Below, in pieces: positions 9,046 to 16,829 of a stretch of 32,000 nucleotides of DNA (the first letter of the stretch is position 1; each line of letters starts with the position of its first letter). Where the stretch lies: positions 5,109-37,108 of the forward strand of contig DAOOON010000002.1 in assembly GCA_035387745.1 (NCBI GenBank), written 5' to 3'. The position numbers and the translations under genes were made by a program. The notes beneath the pieces were generated by a model. That model saw nothing but the letters and a program-made list of their open reading frames with translations. It had not been told where the DNA came from and searched no databases. The DNA is from an archaeon (lineage in GTDB: Archaea; Iainarchaeota; Iainarchaeia; Iainarchaeales; CSSED10-239).

Positions 9046-9645
9046 TCATTTCTTCACATATGCTTTTGTTATTATTATGTCTTCTATTGGCCAATCTTCG
9101 TGACCGCCTTTAGTTCCGGTCTGTACGCCTTCAATTGCTTTAACTACTTCCATACCAGAAATTACTTTACCAAAAACAGCATAACCTGGATTACCTGGTG
9201 TGTAATTTAGAAAATCGTTATCTACAGTATTTATGAAAAACTGAGAAGTTGCTGAGTTTGGAGCATTTGTTCTTGCCATAGCTATAGTGCCTTCTGTGTT
9301 GTATAGACCGTTATTTGATTCTAAGACTATTGGACTATTGGTGTCTTTTTGAACACCAGATATTGTAAAGCCCCCACCCTGTATCATAAAGTCCTTTATT
9401 ACTCTATGAAAAACTAGGCCATCATAATGACCAGAATTAACATATGCTAAAAAATTAGCAGTAGTTATTGGTGCATGATTTGTATCAAGCTCGATTTCTA
9501 TATTACCTTTTGTTGTTTCTAAAATTACTATTGGAATCACATTCATATTTTTATCCTTTTTTAATATTGAAAATATATTGATTAGCAAAACAATTAAAAT
9601 GATTGCTAAAATTACAAAAATTACAATTAATTTTTTATTTTTCAT
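9046..9645 (-). CDS. Cyclophilin-type peptidyl-prolyl cis-trans isomerase with N-terminal membrane anchor
   Basis: 199 aa. N-terminal TM/signal anchor, then FHRVIKDFMIQGGGF, GTIAMARTN.PNSATSQFFIN and GYAVFGKV motifs. Confidence 0.9.
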   Translation of the reverse strand: MKNKKLIVIFVILAIILIVLLINIFSILKKDKNMNVIPIVILETTKGNIEIELDTNHAPITTANFLAYVNSGHYDGLVFHRVIKDFMIQGGGFTISGVQKDTNSPIVLESNNGLYNTEGTIAMARTNAPNSATSQFFINTVDNDFLNYTPGNPGYAVFGKVISGMEVVKAIEGVQTGTKGGHEDWPIEDIIITKAYVKK

Positions 9646-10151
9646 GCATTCACCTTTTTCTTTTCTAATTTATTAACAATTGGAACAAAATAATTTTCTA
9701 TAACAAAACTTACATTATCAATAATCTCATTTAAGGTTTTATTTATTATTTTCTCCCATTCTTTTATTTCTTTTTCTATTTTCTCTATATTTTCTTTATC
9801 ATCAGAATGTGAAATAACATAAAGCCTTAACTGAAAAACAAAATCCGAAAGATTATCTTTCAAAGACATTAATTGATATCTTAATTTTATAGTTTTTTTA
9901 GCACTATCATATACAAATCTTGGATGGCTGTTTTTCTTGTATACCCCGGAAACAAATGGATCGATTATATGCATAAATTTAGTTTTAATTTCTGTAATTG
10001 TATCCATTAAATCAACTGGCTTTTTTATTGGCTTTGTTTTAATATCTAGAGTCTTATGAATATTCTTAATATCTAAATCTAGCTTTGGCTCAATCTTTTT
10101 TAAGTGGCCTGGCTTTTTTAGTCTTATTTTTTCGCGATATTTAAAGGGCAT
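9642..10151 (-). CDS. Hypothetical protein (Lys-rich N-terminus, helical C-terminus)
   Basis: 169-aa ORF. Its stop overlaps the PPIase start (ATGA). It starts 13 nt downstream of tRNA-Thr. Confidence 0.5.
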   Translation of the reverse strand: MPFKYREKIRLKKPGHLKKIEPKLDLDIKNIHKTLDIKTKPIKKPVDLMDTITEIKTKFMHIIDPFVSGVYKKNSHPRFVYDSAKKTIKLRYQLMSLKDNLSDFVFQLRLYVISHSDDKENIEKIEKEIKEWEKIINKTLNEIIDNVSFVIENYFVPIVNKLEKKKVNA

Positions 10152-10164
10152 AATTATTCCATTT

Positions 10165-10236
10165 TAGCCTCTAGAGGGACTTGAACCCTCGACCTTTTGC
10201 TTACGAGGCAAACACTCTACCACTGAGCTATAGAGG
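10165..10236 (-). tRNA. tRNA-Thr (anticodon CGU)
   Basis: The reverse complement folds canonically: acceptor GCCTCTA/TAGAGGC, anticodon arm TTTGC-CTCGTAA-GCAAA, T-arm GAGGG-TTCAAGT-CCCTC. Confidence 0.9.
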
Positions 10237-10246
10237 CAAAGGCAAT

Positions 10247-11761
10247 CTATTTTATTTTTAAAAACTTTGTTTTACCATAGTAAAGCTTTTCTAATAATTT
10301 TCCTAGAGACTTTACTGAAACTCTTTTTTGTTCTTGAGAATCTCTATCTCTTATCGTTACTGTTTGCTTTTCTAAAGTTTCGTGATCAATTGTTAAACAA
10401 TAATTACAACCTATCTCGTCAAGGCGCGCATATCTTTTACCAATAGAACCTGCTTCATCATAGAATATATCATATCTCTTTTGCTCTTCTTTTAAAGCAT
10501 TAAATATCTCTGTTGCTTTCTCAGAAAGCCCGTCTTTTTTCATTAATGGTAATATAGCAACAAAATACGGGGAAACCTTTGGATTAAGATGCAAAATGTT
10601 TCTTTCCTCTCCATTTATTTCCTTTATTTCAAAAGAATTTTCCAAAAGAACATAAAATAATCGTCCAAGACCTATTGAACAAACCTCTAGAACATGTGGT
10701 TGTATTCTTTTTCCGTCTTCTGAAATTGAAAGATCTTTCTTTGAACCTTTACCGTGAGCTAAAAGATCATAGTCTGTTCTGTAATTAACACAAAATAATT
10801 CGACCCATTCTTTTTCGGTTTTTACTTCACAATCAAAGGTTTGTTTAGAATAAAAGGCCTTGTCGTTATCTGGTAATTCTCTAAATCTTATGTTGTCGTG
10901 AGAGAAGCCAAGATCTTCTAAGAACTTTTGAGTAATATAAAGGGTGTATGTAATTAGATTCCCTGATGTTATTTTTTTTTCTGTAATTTTTGAAACATTA
11001 TAGTCCTTTTCTTGCTTATCTTTTAACAACTTAAATCTTATTTTGTATTTTGAAATTGTGTCTAATGGAATTGGTGTTTCATCTATTTTGTCTGAATCAA
11101 AAAACATTTCTGTTTCTAATTGTTCAAACTCTCTACATCTTAAAAGACCATTTCTTGGAGAAATTTCGTTTCTATAGACACTTCCGTGTTGTGAGATTGT
11201 TAAAGGCAAAGTTTGTCTTCCGGTTTTATATATTCTTAAAAAATCAACAAATATTGATTGACAAGTTTCTCCTCTTAAGTAACCTAAATTACCTGATTGT
11301 GTGCCAACATTAATACTTGACATCAGATTGAATTTTTTAATATCTGTTAAATTTCCTTTACATTTAGAACAGACAATATTATTGTCAGCAATTAATTTTT
11401 CATATTCTTCAATTGACATACTTTCTGGAACTTCTTTTTTTGTGTTTTCTGAGATTAATCTGTCAAGTCTATAAACGGTTTTACATTTTTGACAAGTAGC
11501 TATTGGATCATTGAAATTTTTAAGATGACCTGATGCTTGAAAAACATCCTCTGGAAGAATTATTGAACCAGAAATTTCTATAAAATTATTCTTTCTTACA
11601 AACTCTTCTCTCCAGAAATTTATAAGATTTATTCTTATCCTATTCCCTATTGGTCCAAACTCGTAGAAACCTGCAAAATTATTTGCATAAATCTCTGCTG
11701 ATGGGAAATAAAGAGAACGAGTTGCACAAAACTCATTAAATTTTTCCAAACGTGTAGCCAT
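10247..11761 (-). CDS. glyS: Glycine--tRNA ligase (archaeal/eukaryotic class II type)
   Basis: About 504 aa from the first ATG; the ORF track begins 3 codons earlier at GTG. FPSAEIYANNFAGFYEFGPIGNRIRINLINFWREEF, class II motifs GLLRCREFEQLE and a C-terminal anticodon-binding domain. Confidence 0.9.
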   Translation of the reverse strand: MATRLEKFNEFCATRSLYFPSAEIYANNFAGFYEFGPIGNRIRINLINFWREEFVRKNNFIEISGSIILPEDVFQASGHLKNFNDPIATCQKCKTVYRLDRLISENTKKEVPESMSIEEYEKLIADNNIVCSKCKGNLTDIKKFNLMSSINVGTQSGNLGYLRGETCQSIFVDFLRIYKTGRQTLPLTISQHGSVYRNEISPRNGLLRCREFEQLETEMFFDSDKIDETPIPLDTISKYKIRFKLLKDKQEKDYNVSKITEKKITSGNLITYTLYITQKFLEDLGFSHDNIRFRELPDNDKAFYSKQTFDCEVKTEKEWVELFCVNYRTDYDLLAHGKGSKKDLSISEDGKRIQPHVLEVCSIGLGRLFYVLLENSFEIKEINGEERNILHLNPKVSPYFVAILPLMKKDGLSEKATEIFNALKEEQKRYDIFYDEAGSIGKRYARLDEIGCNYCLTIDHETLEKQTVTIRDRDSQEQKRVSVKSLGKLLEKLYYGKTKFLKIK

Positions 11762-11853
11762 GATTTTCACTATTTCATATTATAAACATTTTGTTTTCTA
11801 TTATATTATATAGTAATAGAATAAAAACATATTTAAAAATGGCTTTTTTTCTA

Positions 11854-11862
11854 TTTATTTAA
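11854..11862 (+). promoter_or_regulatory. Candidate TATA box for the tRNA-Leu transcription unit
   Basis: TTTATTTAA lies about 80 nt upstream of mature tRNA-Leu. An archaeal start about 25 nt downstream would put the GC-rich block in a 5' leader. Confidence 0.25.
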
Positions 11863-11870
11863 CATTAGAT

Positions 11871-11940
11871 GTGTGTCAGTAAACACTATTGGGTGCGAGC
11901 TGACCGACCATTGCGCGCTAACCGAGCGAAACCGGTTATT
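11871..11940 (+). ncRNA. Candidate structured RNA / structured 5' leader abutting tRNA-Leu
   Basis: 30 of 50 nt are G+C at 11891-11940, against 7 of 50 at 11821-11870 (hand count). Two adjacent hairpins: 11895-11918 (GCGAGC/GCGCGC with one A.G, 12-nt loop) and 11919-11938 (TAACCG/CGGTTA, 8-nt loop). Confidence 0.25.
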
Positions 11941-12022
11941 GCAGGGGTTCCCGAGCGGTCAAAGGGGCATGGCTTAGGACCATGTGCTTAGTGCTTCGCA
12001 GGTTCGAATCCTGCCCTCTGCA
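11941..12022 (+). tRNA. tRNA-Leu (anticodon UAG), class II with long variable arm
   Basis: Acceptor GCAGGGG/CCTCTGC, anticodon arm CATGG-CTTAGGA-CCATG, long variable arm, T-arm GCAGG-TTCGAAT-CCTGC. Confidence 0.9.
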
Positions 12023-12023
12023 C

Positions 12024-12030
12024 TTTTTTT
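12024..12030 (+). terminator. Oligo-T tract after tRNA-Leu
   Basis: A T7 run begins 2 nt after the tRNA 3' end. Archaeal RNA polymerase terminates at oligo-T. Confidence 0.35.
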
Positions 12031-12036
12031 AAAAAA

Positions 12037-12651
12037 CTAGTATCTATTATTGCTTTCTATTATCTTTTTCATTTTCTCAACACGATAATCAATTCCTTTC
12101 GTGTCCCCAAATTTTAATTGAGAAAACTTACTTTTGATGATTTGATATTCATTAAAAGAATTAACTAAATTAGTCAATATTTTTTCTCTTTGCTTATCAC
12201 TTAATTTATTTAAATTTTTTCCTTCAGATTCTAATACTCTTTCATAAAGAGACTGAAGTTTATTCCCAATCGCCCTTTCAATAAAACTCTGGGCAGTTCT
12301 TGTGTCTTGTCTAAACTTTTCAACAGCTTCTTCAAATTTTAGTATTGGCTCATTTACTTTCTTTCCGGCTTTTATTTCAGAAATATAATCTAATTCTGCA
12401 TTAGCCATTGCTTCAAAATGTTGTAATACATCATAATTTTTACTAACTTCTGTAAATTTTTCAGAAAGTAAAGCAGTGCCTAATTTCATTTTTTGTACTT
12501 GTATTTTTAATTCTCGTAATTTATTTGCATCTTTAAGTAATTTGGTCTTTACTTTTTCAGGAATTGCTGGTCTTTTTACAATTTTTCCGTGTTTTTTCTT
12601 TTTTTCAGCTTTTTCTTTTGGCTTTGGCCTAACGCCTGCAAATTTTGGCAT
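12037..12651 (-). CDS. Hypothetical protein (Lys/Pro-rich N-terminus, helical body)
   Basis: 204-aa ORF with N-terminus MPKFAGVRPKPKEKAEKKKKHGKIVKRP, followed by predicted long helices. Confidence 0.5.
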   Translation of the reverse strand: MPKFAGVRPKPKEKAEKKKKHGKIVKRPAIPEKVKTKLLKDANKLRELKIQVQKMKLGTALLSEKFTEVSKNYDVLQHFEAMANAELDYISEIKAGKKVNEPILKFEEAVEKFRQDTRTAQSFIERAIGNKLQSLYERVLESEGKNLNKLSDKQREKILTNLVNSFNEYQIIKSKFSQLKFGDTKGIDYRVEKMKKIIESNNRY

Positions 12652-12740
12652 AATCTTTCCCTCTTAAATATTATTAATTTATATTAACAATAATTAAATA
12701 AAAGATATTTAAAACTATCTTTTTAACAGAAACTAATTAA

Positions 12741-13367
12741 TTATTTATAAATGGCGCCAGTTTCCATATACCAAAGATAAAAATCAAGCTCACCAAGAGT
12801 CAGATTAGTTTCTTTTGCTAGGCCTTCTAATTTTTTCTCTATCTTTAAATATGCGTCTTTGTTAAGATTTTTTGGCTTTTTTACAATCTTATTGTCTGCC
12901 AAGATATCGACTATATGAAAATCAATAATTGCATAATCGAAAAAACCAATGTTTCTTAGAAAATGACTAGATTCCTTAAAGCCAAGGCCCTTGATATTTT
13001 TTACAAGCCACTCTCTTTTTTCGTACTTGTCTTTAATAGAAAAAAGTTTTTCTTTAATGTCGTCTTTGTGCTCCTGAGCCAGAAAAATAAAATGAGCACG
13101 CGTGTTTGGAAACCTGTGACCGTTTGCTTTTAGAAGCTTTGCAAGTTGGGCTTCTGTACCTGTAAGAAAAAGACAACCACACTTCTCTTGAATCTCAACT
13201 GCCCTTTTAGCATTAAAATTGGCGGTCATCAAACAAAAGCAAAGCTCTTGAAATATGTCCTGAGAAGATTTCTTGGAAAAACTTTTAAATTGCTTTATCT
13301 TTTTAGAAATAGTTTTTTCTATTGCTGTTTTTTTTAAAGCATTAATTTGAGAAACGAGTTTTTTCAT
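12741..13367 (-). CDS. ogg: 8-oxoguanine DNA glycosylase/AP lyase, archaeal Ogg2-type (HhH-GPD)
   Basis: 208 aa. IKGLGFKESSHFLRNIGFFDYAIIDFHIVD matches the HhH-GPD motif of the Methanocaldococcus-type Ogg. Confidence 0.8.
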   Translation of the reverse strand: MKKLVSQINALKKTAIEKTISKKIKQFKSFSKKSSQDIFQELCFCLMTANFNAKRAVEIQEKCGCLFLTGTEAQLAKLLKANGHRFPNTRAHFIFLAQEHKDDIKEKLFSIKDKYEKREWLVKNIKGLGFKESSHFLRNIGFFDYAIIDFHIVDILADNKIVKKPKNLNKDAYLKIEKKLEGLAKETNLTLGELDFYLWYMETGAIYK

Positions 13368-13409
13368 ATCTGTCCAAGATTTAGTGTATTTTTAGAGAAA
13401 AGAAGTCAT

Positions 13410-13784
13410 TTAAGACTTCCAAACTCCGTGTATATTACATAGACATCTTGCACTTATCTTATAGCCCCCACCTTTAAACTCAGCAACAGGCTCATCTCCT
13501 GGAGTTAGTTTCTTAACATACACTGAACCATCAATATTAACTTCAATCCATTTGATGTGATGCTCTGCTGTCATTGGGTGTGGTATGTCTCCAACTCTAA
13601 CAACAATACTATCTCTTGTTTTTTCAATTACTGGAATGTGCTTTTCCTTTAATTGTTCTTCGCTAGTGTCGTGATGAAGATCCATGTTTTGTCCACAGCA
13701 CACAAGCGTTCCGCCGCCAGCATCAATTACTTCAACAACGTTACCACAGATCGCACATCTATAAATTTCTCCTTTTTTTACCAT
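13410..13784 (-). CDS. dfx: Desulfoferrodoxin (2Fe superoxide reductase)
   Basis: 124 aa. N-terminal desulforedoxin Cys motif YRCAICGNVVEV...LVCCGQNM, then an SOR domain (KHIPVI, HPMTAEHHIKWIE, CNIHGVW). A GGGGGT Shine-Dalgarno element lies upstream. Confidence 0.9.
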   Translation of the reverse strand: MVKKGEIYRCAICGNVVEVIDAGGGTLVCCGQNMDLHHDTSEEQLKEKHIPVIEKTRDSIVVRVGDIPHPMTAEHHIKWIEVNIDGSVYVKKLTPGDEPVAEFKGGGYKISARCLCNIHGVWKS

Positions 13785-13798
13785 AGTTTTTTACCCCC

Positions 13799-14377
13799 TT
13801 AATAATTCTCATTTTGTACTCTAAAATACTCTGGTGGATGACCACATGATGGGCATTCCTTTGGTGGTTCCTTTCCTTTGTGCATATATCCACATTTACT
13901 ACATATCCACACGACTTCTATTTCTTTTTTCAATAACGTTTTTTCATCTAAATTCTTTAATAATTTTTTATATCTTTCTTCGTGATGCTTTTCGGCAATT
14001 GCTATTGCTCTAAGTTTGTTTGCAATTTCGGGCATGCCTTCTTTTTCAGCGACATCAGCATATTCTGGATACATACTTGTATATTCGTGATTTTCCCCAG
14101 AAATTGCGGCTCTGAGATTGTCTGCTGTATTTCCATATGCTGTTGGAACATCTGCTTCAACAACTAGATCTTCTGTAATATTATTTTGTTTCTTTAATTC
14201 TCTTATTAATACAAACAATTGCTTTGCGTGTTCTCTTTCTTGTTCTGCGGTTTCTAAGAAGATATCTGCAATCTGAAATAAGCTTTCTTTTGTTGCAACC
14301 TTTGCATAGAAAGTATATCTGTTTCTTGCTTGAGACTCTCCAATAAAAGCCTTACATAGATTTTCTATAGTTTTCAT
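13799..14377 (-). CDS. rbr: Rubrerythrin
   Basis: 192 aa from MKTIENL, preceded by AAGGGGGT; the ORF track starts 13 codons earlier. Diiron EQEREH / EKHHEERY motifs and a C-terminal rubredoxin-like CSKCG...CPSCG. Confidence 0.9.
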   Translation of the reverse strand: MKTIENLCKAFIGESQARNRYTFYAKVATKESLFQIADIFLETAEQEREHAKQLFVLIRELKKQNNITEDLVVEADVPTAYGNTADNLRAAISGENHEYTSMYPEYADVAEKEGMPEIANKLRAIAIAEKHHEERYKKLLKNLDEKTLLKKEIEVVWICSKCGYMHKGKEPPKECPSCGHPPEYFRVQNENY

Positions 14378-14468
14378 ATATTTTACCCCCTTTATCCTAT
14401 AAATATATAAAAGCATAAATATTAAATATATTGTTATAATATATCTATTGTAAAAAAGTGTGAAAAAG

Positions 14469-15296
14469 ATGACTGAAAAAATAATTGAAGAACTAAGTCA
14501 AATAAAATTTAAAGCAACAACCATCTATGAGTCCTTTAAATATCCTTTACATCGTACAAATAAAACACAAAGAATTCCTTTGTTAAAAAATATAAAGAAT
14601 AATATTGAGGAATTAACTAGACTATTAAATGGGCTTTTAGGTTATTCGTCTATACAATTTAATAAAGAAATTGAAGCAGAAAAGATCAGGCTGTTCCAAA
14701 ACGTATTTCTGGAAATATCAGGTAAACTACAACAATCAATCTTTTTAGAAGAACACACCACAATTGTAGAAAATGATCTTGTAAATATAAAAAATGAAAT
14801 TGCAACTCCTGAGAAATACTTTGAAATAGAACAATCTGTTAAAAACAATATAAATAACCTTATTATTTTTATTGATGATGCAAAAAAACAAATTGATCAC
14901 AAATATGTTAGTCTTGCAAATCAAAAAAGATCTGTTGAAGAGTTATTAAAAACACTTGAAAGAAAAGATCAAACAATATTGGAACTAAACAAAAGGATTG
15001 ATGAACTCAATTGGATAGATGCAAAAGAAAAAGCAAAAACTTCAAGACTTGCAAATTTAGAAGAAGAATTACTTAAAACCTATAAAGCAAATGAACAGGA
15101 TCTTACCATTTTAAAGTTGCACATAATACATATTGAAAAGGCCCTAGATAATCTTTTAAGAGAATCAAAATCATTAACTCAAGATATTAATCATCTAGAG
15201 GCAAAAAACATATTAAAAGAGCAAGCATCATTGGAATTGATTAAAGAATTAAAAAAAGAATTGATTGCAGCAAAATATAATTTAAAAAATAAGTGA
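14469..15296 (+). CDS. Hypothetical coiled-coil protein
   Basis: About 275 aa from the first ATG; the ORF track begins at GTG 14460. Heptad-rich and Lys/Glu/Leu-rich throughout, with no TM segment. First gene of a three-gene run. Confidence 0.5.
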   Translation: MTEKIIEELSQIKFKATTIYESFKYPLHRTNKTQRIPLLKNIKNNIEELTRLLNGLLGYSSIQFNKEIEAEKIRLFQNVFLEISGKLQQSIFLEEHTTIVENDLVNIKNEIATPEKYFEIEQSVKNNINNLIIFIDDAKKQIDHKYVSLANQKRSVEELLKTLERKDQTILELNKRIDELNWIDAKEKAKTSRLANLEEELLKTYKANEQDLTILKLHIIHIEKALDNLLRESKSLTQDINHLEAKNILKEQASLELIKELKKELIAAKYNLKNK

Positions 15297-15302
15297 TAAA
15301 TA

Positions 15303-16829
15303 ATGTCTGAATATGATCCATTTGGCGGTAGATTTCCACAAGACTCCGAAAAACCAAAATCTAATTTTAAATTAGATGAAAAAACAATTGGGCTAATTAA
15401 GAAAGTAATTATTTTAGTCGTGGTTTTAGGTGTTATTGGGGGCGCGATTTATTTTTTCTTTTTTAATAACATTATAATTAATTTCTCTGTAAAAGACACA
15501 GAAGGGAAGGCATTAAATTCTGCAAACATAAAAATCACTCCTGAGAAACAAAATAAATCAATTCAATATTCTCCAGGAGATGAAATAAAATTAAATAAAA
15601 ATAAAAATTATAAATATGCAATTGAATTAAAAGGATATAAAACAATTAATGGGCAATTAGCTCCTAAAGACATCGTAGAACCAAACCAGGCCATTAAATT
15701 AGAAAAAGACATTAGACTAGATGTTCTTTCTTTTATTTGCCCAACAGACGTATTTATTGGGCAAACTGTTAAATGCGAATTACAATTAAATAACATTAGC
15801 GAAAATGAGGACTATAATCTAGAAAATTTAATTTTTAGAGACGATAAAGATAAACCGCTTAAAAACTGGGCTGATTTAAATGATGAATTCTTAAGATTTG
15901 TAGACGGATTTGATGCAGAAGTCCCTAGCACCAAAATAATTACACACAAAACTAAAGACACTGTTTTTATTTTATTTAGTGTGCCAGAAAGTATTAAACG
16001 CGGAACAACACAAAAAATTATGGCAAGAATTAAGTACACAGATAATAATGCAATTCAAGAAATAAAAATATCTCAAGCGCCCAATATAGGGTTTACTTCT
16101 GAACTGAGTAGTGCTTTAAATTTAGAAAGCGGAAATGAAATAATTAAAACATATACAATTGATAACTCTAAAAATAAAACAGATCTATCGGGATTAGAAC
16201 TAGAAATCGATGCAAATTATGAGCCCACAACTGGAGAATTAGATTCTAATTTCGATATAGCCGAAATAATAGTGCCAGATTATACCACCCTAAATGTAAA
16301 TGCATCTTCGCGTTCACAAGGACAAATAACTATTAAATTACCTAATAATTTAAGGGCGGGAAAAATCACAGGAATTTTAGCATTAAACAGCCCCATTTTT
16401 TCTGAACCAAAAAAAATCACATTTACAATTAATATAAAGGAACCAGAAAATAAATTTAATATAAGTCTAAATAAAAGTACAGAAACGTTAGATTATGATG
16501 CAAACACTAATATTACAACTATTAAACAGATAACTTTAAATTTAGATAACAAGAACAAAATTCCAGTTCATATAAATTCAATTTATATTGAAAACTCAAC
16601 AGGAACAACAGATTGTAATCATTGGATAGTTCTTCCTACAGAATATAATGGTTATGACATTCAATCAAATTATAATCCAGCGCCTATAATTTTATTACAA
16701 GGATCGGACCTAGGCTCTTTAACAACAATAACTGGATTAAAGATTTGTAATATTAATGTAGATTATAGACATCCATATTTAGATGAAAATATAATTATTA
16801 AAAATAAGATACAAATAAGTGTAAATTAA
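15303..16829 (+). CDS. N-terminally membrane-anchored surface protein (PEGA/CARDB-like beta domains, inferred)
   Basis: 508 aa. Short cytoplasmic head, one TM (VIILVVVLGVIGGAIYFFFF), then Asn/Thr/Ile-rich beta-type sequence. FSVKDTEGKAL...ELKGYKTINGQL resembles a PEGA/carboxypeptidase-regulatory-like unit. Confidence 0.55.
   Translation: MSEYDPFGGRFPQDSEKPKSNFKLDEKTIGLIKKVIILVVVLGVIGGAIYFFFFNNIIINFSVKDTEGKALNSANIKITPEKQNKSIQYSPGDEIKLNKNKNYKYAIELKGYKTINGQLAPKDIVEPNQAIKLEKDIRLDVLSFICPTDVFIGQTVKCELQLNNISENEDYNLENLIFRDDKDKPLKNWADLNDEFLRFVDGFDAEVPSTKIITHKTKDTVFILFSVPESIKRGTTQKIMARIKYTDNNAIQEIKISQAPNIGFTSELSSALNLESGNEIIKTYTIDNSKNKTDLSGLELEIDANYEPTTGELDSNFDIAEIIVPDYTTLNVNASSRSQGQITIKLPNNLRAGKITGILALNSPIFSEPKKITFTINIKEPENKFNISLNKSTETLDYDANTNITTIKQITLNLDNKNKIPVHINSIYIENSTGTTDCNHWIVLPTEYNGYDIQSNYNPAPIILLQGSDLGSLTTITGLKICNINVDYRHPYLDENIIIKNKIQISVN

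Noticed and set aside
10962-10990. Long homopolymer runs inside coding sequence as phase-variation switches: T9 at about 10972-10980 in glyS (A9 on its coding strand) and A10 at about 19616-19625 in the 312-aa ORF
   Set aside because: Both ORFs read through intact, and such runs are expected from Lys (AAA) codons in this AT-rich genome. There is no evidence of frameshifting.
11871-11940. The GC-rich block as an extra tRNA, a split-tRNA half or a C/D box sRNA
   Set aside because: It has no T-loop (UUCRANY) and no acceptor pairing. There is no RUGAUGA C box on either strand, only isolated CUGA tetramers. I report it only as an unclassified structured element.
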